Origin: Nymphaea colorata
Lineage: Eukaryota
DNA length: 64,000 nt
Direction: 5' to 3'
Assembly: GCF_008831285.2 (NCBI RefSeq)
Contig: NC_045138.2
Location: 24,800,001 to 24,864,000, forward strand
The position numbers and the translations under genes were made by a program. Under the pieces are notes generated by a model. It was not told the origin of the DNA and made no database searches. It was given only the letters and a program-made list of their open reading frames with translations. Below are positions 51,546-62,559 of this stretch, one piece after another. The first letter of the stretch is position 1. Each line of letters begins with the position of its first letter.

Positions 51546-51656
51546 GATAGTCGAGAGCGTTTTGTTCTGAAGTGGATTTCAGAAAAAATATTATTTTTCG
51601 GGCATGAACGCAGGTCCGATCAGGCTAGGTTCCTGGTCCGCTGCCCAGCTCTAACA

Positions 51657-52350
51657 CCCTATTTGGTTGGAGGGAAAGGAAAAGAAAGAACAATCAATCA
51701 TTTGTTTGGTTGATTAATTAAAAAGAAGAAAAATGAAAAAAAAAGGAGAAAGTTTGTTTGGTTTCATAGGGAGAGAAATGGAATGGAATTCTAATAAAAA
51801 GGAAAAGTCTACCACTTTTTACCGTGTATACCCTTTCCACCCACCCGCAGAAGAGACATCAACCGACCATGCATGGTTCTTTTTCTCCCTTCTTGCCATT
51901 GGTCAATACTCCGACGAACTCCAGCTTTGTTTCTTTCTTTCTTTCCGCGGAGACTTGAATGGCATTTCACAACCACCCCTTTGCCAAAATCAAGTTTTTG
52001 TCATTTTTATGTCATTCAATTAGTGCACATGAAAATGGTGTTTTGTTTGATTGATATAAATTTTTATCATATTTATTACTATAAAATGAAAAGTCAAGTG
52101 TAAGTAGGGTCTTTTTTTTTATTGAATCAGGAAATCAAATTAAAAATATTTTTATTTGAATGATAAATTTTTGAATGTTAGGGATATTATTATAAAGTAT
52201 TATAAATTTTAGCCGTTCATTTCCTTCCTTTTTCCTATGTCGTCCAAACAAACATGGTTTTAGCAATTCTTCAATTTTATCTAAACAAGTTTTATAATGA
52301 TATAATCACATCTTTCCTTTCCTTTCCCTTTCTCTCATTCCAAACAAAGC
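51657..52350. mobile_element. Tourist/PIF-like MITE
   Basis: Left CCCTATTTGGTTGGAGGGAAAGGAAAAG with repeated TGTTTGG is mirrored on the right by CCAAACA repeats and CTTTCCCTTTCTCTCATTCCAAACAAAGC. Confidence 0.55.
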
Positions 52351-52561
52351 TGAAAGCCCACGACCGTTCGTGTTAATTATCGGTAGTGAAGACCGCGAGC
52401 TTCACTATTCTGATTTTAGGATCGATAGATGCAAATTCTTTTTGCACAAACAAGAGATTTGTCTTGCCCAATCTCTATGAAAAACGTCCATGAGAGACAG
52501 ATGAAGATTTATGGCGAGAAAACAGAAGCCAAAACTCGATTTTCATTAATCTCTCTAAAGG

Positions 52562-55415
52562 CGTTGGGGAGTCTCGTAAATAAGAATATAATGGAGGAGA
52601 AAAAATAAACCCTAGTCAAATATAGATGGCACATCAGATCCAAGATCGAAAAAATAAATGCTAACGTGAAAAACTAAATAATAAGTATAAAATATGGATC
52701 TAATGAACCATCGATAGGACCTCGCTCCGGAGTAGGCCTAGACCCCTTCCTACAGCAGGTCCTATCCCCAAGATCGCTTGAGGGAGACTAAAACGAACTT
52801 ACTACAAGGATTACTAATGGAAGCGAGGCTAAACAAGCACAAGAGGAACAATCTATTCTAACTCAATTGGAATAACAAGACAATAATTCAAGCACTAAAA
52901 ACAAGCTAATTCACATACTAGTATCTTGCAGCCGGATCTTAGGCCACTGGCCACCGGAAAACTACAAGAAAACTTGGATGAAAATGCAAGTACTAAACTA
53001 AGATGAACACGTACCCAACCAAGGTTAGCTTGGTGTTCCTGCACCGAGACCACGGGATGAAGACTACTTCCCAGGTACTCCAGCTACAGAGGATGAGAGG
53101 ACTGATGCTGGTGAAGGTTGAATTGTGCAGATGTAAGAATCGCCTGTCTGAAGTCCAACAGAGTGCCAATGTTCCCTGCTGCATACAACACCTAGCTGAA
53201 GGCACAGGCACGTGGTGCGGTCTGTGTCGCCGACGGAATCACTGGTAGGAGATGAAGGCTTCACCGGATGCTGGCTGGGCTTGCACACGAACTGGGCTCG
53301 GTCTAGAGCCGGATTGAACCTAGCTACAGTCAGTGATGATAGGCTCGGTCTAGAGCCCGGACTTAATCCTATGTGTGGTTGGCTAGGGTAGGTCTAGATA
53401 GTGGTGGGCTTGGTAGGTTTGACTAGGTTTAAGTAACTTGGGTCTAGTTGACTAGGTCTAGGTCAAGATGGGGAGGCACGGGTATGGATCGACTAGATAC
53501 ATGGTAATGAGGTTTAGAGAATGATTTCGGACGCGGGATTGGGATCAAATGTGGCTGTTCGGCACTCCTAGTGAGTGTTGACCTAAGGTGGGGTAAGGGG
53601 ACCCGCTAGGGTGAGGTGGAGTCCAATTGTAGACCTCCTCACACTCGGCTTAGGTGGCTTCTAGATGGGTCAGGGATTGGAGCAAATGTAGGGGGGATTG
53701 GGATTGGTGAGAGAGTGTGAACGAAGGTTGGTTCCACCAAATGTGGAGGTGATAAAGAAGATCGCCTCACTCCTTGCCCAAATGTGACGAGGTGGCGCTT
53801 CTTGATGATTTCCACCCAGATGTGGGAGATTCTCTCTCTCTCTTGGACTTGGCCCACGAGCTGGGATGTTGCCACGTGTTCCAGATGTAGGGTAGTGGAT
53901 GGAGGACGACCTAGAAAGAGATCTCCTCCTCCAACGGCTTAAGGCTGAAGATTTTCCCAAATGTGGGCCAGCTGCTCTTGAAGATGAAACTTGGGTGGTC
54001 ACCAAATGTGCCACACGTAATGACATAGTTGCCCACCCAATTGCTGGCACAAGGGCGAATTAGTCCACTGTTGGAAGACGCCCAAAGGTGGCTGGAATTT
54101 GCAGGTTTTCCGGCAAGCTTAATTCAGGCTCAAATCTTGCTCAAAGCACGCCAGAATTGCACGGATTTCTTTCTTCTTTTTTTTCTTTTTTTTTTTTTTT
54201 GCGGGCGATTCTTTTCTATCTTTTCTTTTTCTTTTTCTGCCTTTTTCACTGAATTTTCTTCTTTCTTTTTCAACCAATTGAAAGCAAGCTTCAAGGAATA
54301 ATTCAGGAAATCTGAGAAATCCCTTGTGACTCGTAAGAACTAGTTTAGGGAAAGCTTCCACCGTGAAATTGGTCTGAGACTCTCGGTTGTGACTCGAGGG
54401 AATCAGGCCACTCCTTTGGTCGAATCTTAACCCAAAATAGTCCAACGGCATTGCACAAGTTCAATTCTAAAATCTCACGCACTAACCTTTAGATTGCTGA
54501 CATGGACGTATGCTGCCCACCAAGGGAAGTTGCAGCCTTCCCGAAAGCAATGCAGGCCTCTATTCTCCTTTGATGTTCAAGGAAGAATGCACCTTTGAAT
54601 GCTGGATTTGGGGTGGGGAAACCGTGAGCTGTTGAAGACGCAAGGGCCGATGCACACTTTGGATTCTTCAGCCACCAAGCCGCCGGTCGAGGGGTTGAGG
54701 AAAAGAACAAGAAACTAAGGAGAGGAAGAAGATTGACTGCCGGTTATGGAGAGGCTTGCGTGAGGGAAGTAGCCAGCCAAGGCTGACACTTGAGGGAGGT
54801 GAAGGTGAAGAAGGGGGCACACGAGAGAGAGAGAGGGGAAGAGAGACGTGAGGAGAAAGAGAGGTGAGGGGAGAGGGACGTGTAGAGAGAGAGAGAAACT
54901 TGGCAAATGAAATTCAATTCTCTTGATTGCATGTGAAATCCAAATTACACAAAGTTTAAATACTAATCTAAGTGACTCAGTTCACAGATGGATCGAACCG
55001 ATTCACTTTAACTCAGATACAAACTATCTCGGTCCACACAACTTGAAGTAAAATGCATAAACAAATGAATATGGAATTGGGCCTATTGCCCCTATCTACC
55101 TAGGTTCATTCTAGACCACCACTAAGGACCTGGATCAAGACCGACACTAGGATGAGCTAGACCTAAACCGGAGCTGAGACTTTCAATTTGGCCTTCCTTA
55201 GTTGAATCTGCTCCCAACTGCTGGTCATCCCTAGATGTTTCCGGACCTAGAGCCTTTGCATCTCCGCCCTCGCCACCCTCTGCTCGTGCACTAAGTCCTG
55301 GTTTAGTCTCCCTGGCTGTCACAATGCCTTGCTCATCTTGTAGTTCCAGTCCTTCAACCCTGGCTCGACTACTCTCGCCGTGTTCATGCTCGCTCCTAAG
55401 AGGAGGCCCGTATCA
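52562..55415 (-). mobile_element. Probable large solo LTR (Ty3/gypsy-type)
   Basis: Minus strand starts TGATACGGGCC (55415) and ends CTCCCCAACG (52562; canonical would be ...CCAACA). TATTTAAA at 54955-54962 is followed by TGTAAT and a CT-rich tract; GGTCTAG-type internal repeats; no gag/pol ORF. TSD not clean (AAGG / ATGG). Confidence 0.55.
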
Positions 55416-56747
55416 ATGGTTGAGTTGAACATTGATAGATCACTACTAGAAAGAAGCTTCCAAGAAAAGTGAAGCCGCCAACTCCCACAACTCAAGGTCA
55501 ACGTTACAAAAAATCAGTTCTACCTTGAATCGGTAGAAGGAATCAGCCGGTTCATCCATTCAGCTTAATCCGTCGCCAATCACTTAAAAATATCTAAAAG
55601 ATCATTTCAAAAGTGAATAATATACAAATCGAAAAACCATAAAAAATAGCTAAAAACCGACTTGCGGCACCCTCAGCCTCAAATTGAATCGGTTTGCCAC
55701 CGTTTCGATTCGAATTGGCAGATTATGGGAGTCATGTTTTATTGTGTGGGAGCCTCATCTTGTAGGCTAGTAGAGAGAACCAACTCAATTGTTTTTACGT
55801 TGACATAAAAACTTTTAAGTGTTTTACAAAAAAATATTTAAAAATTGATATTTGAGTTCATACCAAAATTTAGAAACTTTAATTAACCCTTCTCAACCCT
55901 TTTTATCAAAAAGTAGTTTTTGCTTCACTTTTAACATTACATAAAAAAGATCCTTTTTGATAGGAAGAAAAGAAAAGGCAGTTTCCTGCCAAAGAGGTCC
56001 AAACAAATGGCCCTTGAAAAGTTCACAAGTACAATTTTCCCAAGCAAAACTTGCGGCGTTGACATGAAAGTTTGTATGCGAGGACAACTTGTCATTACTG
56101 TCGACATTTAGTAAATGGATATGCATTTGTGATAGGATGTTTGGATGCTTCAGCCTCTTGCACGTAATAATTTTGAAGGATTTTCGTGTGCGTATATGTA
56201 TATGTATATATAAAAGGGTGGAGCAATTGGGGGCTTTGGCCCCCTCTCAAATTTTTTTTTTTAAATTAATATGTAAATTTTAAAACACTTTATTTATGCT
56301 ATATAAAAGATTTTGAAAAATCGGTTAAATTTTAAAACTATATTTAGGTCTTGAAAAATTTCCAGTTCCGCTTTTATATGCATGCGTCAGCTATGTTGGT
56401 CAGCAAACAGCCTTTTGCGGGGAAATATCTTTCTTTCTTGCATAGATGAATGACTGGAGGCAGCTACTAACCACACAACTTCGGACCAGTATGAGAAGCC
56501 ACCTAGAGCCATCCCTTTTTTAATTTGAAAACGATATGATAATTCACTGTGTCGTTTTCGCTGATTTGATTGGTGAAGCCTCTTTCCGGGCATCCATATC
56601 TTCATCAAGATCAATTTTCTTGGAAATTCAGTGTATTGACTTGGATAAAGCTTCGTCTACGGGCGTTCCATATATAAAAAGGATTCCATTTGCCTCGAGC
56701 AATAGCACACAAATGCGAGGCAGCGCTTCTCCTACCTCAGGACCGCC

Positions 56748-59362
56748 ATGTCTCGAACTGCCATCCATGGATACCAGCTTGAGATAACAGGTACCATGAG
56801 CACCATCCCTACCACCACCACCATCGTCATCATCTTCATCCTCATCTCTGTGGTCGTGGTTAACAATAGCCATGCCGCTTGTTTTTTGTGAAAGGTTACT
56901 GATTGTGGTGCTTAAACTCTGTTCATGGTTGTTTCCTTCAGTTGTTGGCTGCTGGGACTTGAGGGATTCATCAACTAAGTTCCATGACCAAGACCCATAT
57001 GTACGACTTGAATATGCCAACATTGCTGTCAGGACACAAGTCTGCAAAAGTAAGCAACCTTCTCTTTCTTCGGTTAAAGTTTGTGCCAATCGTTCATTCA
57101 ATTCCGAAGGTTAATCAGGAAATACAACCCGTAATTGATTGGATTGAAAGAGTAGATCCTGCAGATCAGAACAAGGCCGGCTATGGGCCAACTATCACAC
57201 TCGAATTTCCCAGACATAGAACCAATCGACAAGCAGAGCTATTTATTGAAAAAACAGGTCACAGAATAGACCATAATGTTAGTGCTTCCTTGTTGCCTCA
57301 TACAGGAAAAGCTAAGGAACCCACCTTCAATCAGAAGTTCACTTTCGTTCTTTCTGAGGGATGTCACGATATTGGAGTTGCAGTTTGGAACAAGAACACC
57401 ATGGAAAGGGACTATCTCATTTGTACAACGAGGTGAGCTTCGTGATTCGGTTCCCTCTTTTACCATAGCTTTATCACTATCATCATCGTCTTCATCGTCA
57501 TAATCATGTATTTCCAGTTTAAGATCAAGCTACTAATGCAGGGTTCCTCTGGCAACGGTACTTTGTAATGGCTTTGATGAGGCATGGTGGCCACTCCAGT
57601 ATGAGAACAGGTACCAAATCTCACGAATTCTGCTAAAGCTACCGCTCAAGTTGAAACTTTTCTTTTTCAGTTTGGCTCCAATCCATTTTTTGATCCTTAT
57701 TTTCCTTGAACGTCTATGGACTCAGACCTGCAGGACAAATACATCTGCTTATGAACAAGCTTGCAGTTCAGGTAATATTCTCACCAATTGTCTCGTCTGG
57801 TTGCTTTCTCTCTTTACAGTAGCCTCTGAGTTTATTGATTTGGTTTTTCCCTTTTTCCTTTCTGATTGTTCGAATAACCGAGTGCCATAAAATTGGTGAT
57901 TGCAGAGGAATAATGGTATGGGATATACCCTACCTGTTCCAGCTGAACTTCATTCTTCTCGAGAAGCTGCTGTTCCCTATATGGCATATCCACCGCCCTC
58001 TTTTCCTATTACAAGCCAGCCCTTGCCCTCAATTCCACAGCCTGTTCTGCTTCCTTCAACAGAAAGCAGATCAGTTTCGTTCATTACAGCCCAGCCGGTG
58101 CCTCCTCCTCCTCAAAACACTGTGCTGGTTTCTCCGAGAAAGGCATCCATAGATTCCATACCCTTTAACCCTTCAGCTCCTTCAGCACCAGAGGAGTCTT
58201 TCTCTTACGATCCACCGCCTCCTCCCCCGCCAATTGTGGTGCCTTCATCATTTTCCCTGCCATCTACTGATTTGCAGAATCACTCAGCTCCCGTCAGTCC
58301 TCCATCCCAGATTCCACCAGGATATCTAGGTAAGACCTCTGCTTCTCAAAGGATGATTTCTGCTGGTGAATTCTTCTTCTTAATGGCATGAAGTGATTGG
58401 GAGGGAAATTGTATGGTAGGTGGTCCTCTTTTGTATGATCAACTTTTTTAGTGATAAAAGTTTTCTCTGTGGTTAATCTCCTTTGCCAAATATTGGTGAG
58501 AGATTTTTTCCCTGTCCTGCTTTTTCTTATACGAAAAAGAAATTGGTATGTCTTGTGGTCTACAAATGAGGAAGGTTGCGTGCTCTCATCCTCTACACAT
58601 AATTTTCTTCAATAGATTGACATGATAAGAAACTTCCCAGAAAGATTGTCAAGCTTCTGTAATATTCAAGGAAGAGTTGGAGCTTTCTCCCGTGGCGTCC
58701 CAGGAGTCACATCAGTAGCACCATCCGATTATGGCTATGGCGACCGTTTCGTTTGAAGTGGTCAAAGTTACAGATGCCAGAGGGCAGCACATTTTCCAAA
58801 GGAATAACAACCAACATAGGGTTTCTAGGATATCTAAGCTGCTCTGTCTCTCTTTGTCTCTTCCTTTCCACTGCCAATAACCATTTTGGAAGACCAATTT
58901 TTTTGTTCTTATTCTCTAAGCGTCTTTTCGCTTGCAGAAGACAGAGTTGCGAACAGAAAGGTGGACGCCGTTGGAGGTACAATTCAGTCTCTTTCTTCTT
59001 TCTTTGCTTTACTACCGCCTTTGATGCTGAAACTCCTTTTACTTGTTTTTTTCCTTCGTTCTCTTTCAGAAGATCGAAGCCAATGGACGGAGGTGGAAAC
59101 TTTGAATCCTTCTACTAACCAACCCGTAGTTCAAACAACTCTACCTCAGATATCTGCAACCAGCTTGCGCCAAAGGAACTCCAAAAGAACGAGAACCTCA
59201 GAGGAAAGATACAGCGCTGCAGAGACCACCAAATCCCCTTCCAAGCCGTCATCATCGCTAGGCGGCAAAGCCCGGCTGCGTATCTTTGTTTTCTGTTTAC
59301 TTCTTACGTTATACTTGAAAGTGGGATTCCAATTCCCCAATCTTTCTTGGTTAGGATCGTAG
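56748..59362 (+). CDS. C2-domain (CaLB) Pro-rich protein, divergent At4g34150/CaLB1-like, with hydrophobic C-terminal tail (382 aa, 8 exons)
   Basis: Exons 56748-56790, 56942-57049, 57306-57432, 57542-57610, 57726-57771, 57906-58329, 58938-58976 and 59070-59362 splice in phase to 1149 nt: MSRTAIHGYQLEITVVGC...QDPYVRLEY...EPTFNQKFTFVLSEG...VAVWNKNT...GFDEAWWPLQ...PAGQIHLL, then a Pro/Ser-rich region. Exons 1-6 are firm; exons 7-8 are less certain. Confidence 0.82.
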
Positions 59363-59874
59363 CATGAAGTTAGAGGGTGTATGGTGAAATACATGTTCTT
59401 AACATACATGCTCCAAGAATACCATATTCTTGTTTGAGAAAACATGGTGCAATTACGCGCTGTTTTTCTTGGAACATGTGTTATATATTTTGTCAAATAT
59501 CATCTTAGAGTTTGTAAAGGGTGTTCATATTTCAGCCTGAAGATGGTTGTCTTGTCTTCCTGCTAATGTAAAATGTTTAGCAACATGGTGAATGTTGAAT
59601 GTTGCTGAGAAATGGTGCTCAAACCATTCTGTATCAATGGAAAGAAGTGTTTTAACTGATTTAGATTTGTTACTGGCCATAATTTTCCTATACCCAGAAT
59701 CATCTTTTGCCATGGCCTGCATCAATGTGTGTTTGATCACATCGAATCATACTAATTGTTTGATTGCATTGGTAATCAGACCCGAATTTGGTTGCATTAG
59801 TTAGATTCCAAGTCCAAATTGAAATCCAATTAGTAAAAATTAAATAATTAAGGGTCCCTAGCATGTCAAGTGCA

Positions 59875-59964
59875 CAAATATGTAGGGTCAACTAGTAGTT
59901 TTTATGGGATTGTGTGGGCAAATATGTAGGGTCAACTAGTAGTTTTTATGGGATTGTGTGGGCA
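59875..59964. repeat. 44-bp perfect tandem duplication within a MITE-like end
   Basis: CAAATATGTAGGGTCAACTAGTAGTTTTTATGGGATTGTGTGGG twice, followed by GCCCACAC...TGGCTGCACCCCTG. Confidence 0.9.
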
Positions 59965-60832
59965 ACTGCCCACACATGCCAACATGTGGCTGCACCCCTG
60001 ACCGTGATACCTACTTGGGGACCCTCTCATAGTAAATAAGACAGTTGGGAAGGGCCCATAACAGCTCCACACTGACCCACTCTAATGAGTAGGACAGTTG
60101 AGCTAAAAAGTTCATAAACTCTTTCTTTAAAAGGATATTTGGCTATATTATTGGTATACATGCTTTTTGAAATTTAGAATATATGTTTTCAAAACATTAT
60201 GCTTTTGTTTCGAGAAAGGTAGAGTGATCAACTTTAACGTTCGACTGTTAGATGTTTAATGACAATTTAATGGTGACGGCACGTTTTTTGCAATAAGAAC
60301 ACAGTATTTTTGAAAAATTATTTTAACATGTAGTCTGATAACGTGTTGAATTTTGCATTTCTATAGACTTACTTTCTTTTATCGTGTGAGCTGCTCAAGT
60401 GATATATAGGGATGTTTATGTGGAATCAAACATTACATACTCTTGTCATATGTCTAATTAAAATGTATTTCTACTTGTCAAGTCAATTTATCTTTATTAG
60501 TAAGTAGACATAAATCGGTATAAACTTATAAGACAACCCAGAATATCAAGATCAAAATGATTTTATATAATCTTGGAACTGTTAGATTGGACCAAAATCA
60601 AAAACTTTAATCAGGTTTATGCCTACCTTCCTGGCTGTCGATTTAGCGTTTCAGCTGAATCAGTTATGAATCGGCTGGAGATATCAATTTTTAATGGGAG
60701 GTGCTTCAAGGTCTTGAATTTTGATTCTAAAATTATAAAAGAAAAATTCCACCTCAAATTAGAATTGAAATGAAAATTTTCAGCTTTAGTTTCTTTTTAT
60801 GGTGTGGAATCTTGATTACAAAATGTAAAATG

Positions 60833-61056
60833 ACGTGTTTGATAAAATATGAATTAAAATTCTAGAACTCATGAATTAAAACTTTCATGACTTGTGCGTC
60901 ATAGAGAGATGAAAAAATTCTAAAATGTTAAAATCATAATTCTAACGTGTTTGATAAAATATGAATTAAAATACTAAAACTCATGAAATTAAGGCCTTCA
61001 TGTCTTGTGCTCTAACGAGAGATGAAAAAATTCTAAAATTTTGAAATTATAATTCA
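60833..61056. repeat. About 112-bp tandem duplication (MITE-derived)
   Basis: ACGTGTTTGATAAAATATGAATTAAAA...GAGAGATGAAAAAATTCTAAAAT occurs twice. Confidence 0.88.
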
Positions 61057-62559
61057 ATTCCATAAGATGAAATTACGAGAGTCAATATTCTTTGTTTTAT
61101 AATACAACTCTCTTTTTATCACCACTGACCGTTTTAATTCTATAATTCAATATTTCCGGCTTCACCAAATATGTAAGTGTCTAAGAAACTTCAAAAATAT
61201 TGCACCCATGTATCTTCTGAATCTGATGAAGTGAAACGTTCTTCGTCTTAAATTATTTATTGGGAAAAAGTATTCTACCATCCGTGCCTGCCAAGGAATC
61301 ATGGTGTTAGATTGGGCAAGTTTTCTCGTGCAGTCTGCCCACAAGGAAAGGAGGAGGAAATTTCTTTTGCAACTTCCCCTAATGACATCATTCGTGCCCT
61401 TTGCAGCCGCTCCTCCTCCTTGTTTCTCTCCGAAGCTTGATGTCTTTCCGACGGTCGGAGATCCAGTCACTAGGAGCAAGTGGAGTTCTTAAAGCGTGCT
61501 TTGACCTTGAATTTGTCCTCCGTTAATGGGGGTACTGTCTCCTATCAGACTGTAGAAATGGGGATGCAATCAGAGGACTCATTCACTAGATTAACGGGTT
61601 TCAATTCATCAGAAGAGAATGGTGTTAATCGGGTGCACACTGAAAAGAGAACAAGTGCCAACACTCGCTAAAAAACTTGTTTCAAATTTCAGAGAATAGC
61701 AAAACCTGCACATTGTTCTTTGTCTTTGACCCTTGATTGTGGAGATCGTCATGATTCTTATCTCTCTGGTTCCACTTTCTTTTTCGTTTCTGCATCACAG
61801 AAGAAGAAAAAATTAAACCCTGGTCAAGGTCTTCAAGATGAGAACAAACTGGCGACAACTACGAAGTGACAGAACGAAGACTTGATGAAAGGACTTCATG
61901 AAAGGACCTTCTCCTCAGACACTTTAGAATTTATATAATAGGAAAAAATAGCGTGGCCCTTTTCCAAAGTTGAATTTGTCAACTTGGTTTGTTTTTTCAA
62001 TAAAATAGTTTCCGGTTGTTCTAAACAAATGCCAACCCAATTCATTTCTGTTTTAAGAAAAATTGACAAGATATTTTATGGTAGATGTCAACTTCCTGTT
62101 TAAGGTATTGTCCGAAGGCTCAACAGTGTTCTTGTTGCCCGGAAGTGCGCCTTTTCTCTTGATCGTGAAAAGCATGAACCACGTCCTATGTCTGTCTCGG
62201 CATAATCTGGTCCGCCTCTCCTTAATTCAGCTTGCCTGACAAATGTAAAGGAAAAGAAGGGAAAATACTCGATCTCCCTCTCTAAACAAGCGGCCCGCCC
62301 CAGCCTCAGGAAATGTCGATTCAAGGCCATATCCTGGAGGTGAGAGGTACCATGAACAATCTAATTTGTCCAACTTCCGTTCATCAAATCCTGATGGCTT
62401 CCACTATCTGGCTACTCTGTAAACCATTTGATTTATGAACGTTTTGCAGTTGAATTTGGTGTCAATTTCAAGCAGAGCGGAGCATACGTATGCATTATCT
62501 ACAACAATGAAGTATATCAGACCTCCATAGCTAAAGGTCGCAAACTACTTTTCCCACCC

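Noticed and set aside
52993..55322. Short ORFs inside the LTR-like block as gag/pol
   Set aside because: No zinc knuckle, protease, RT, RNase H or integrase motifs.
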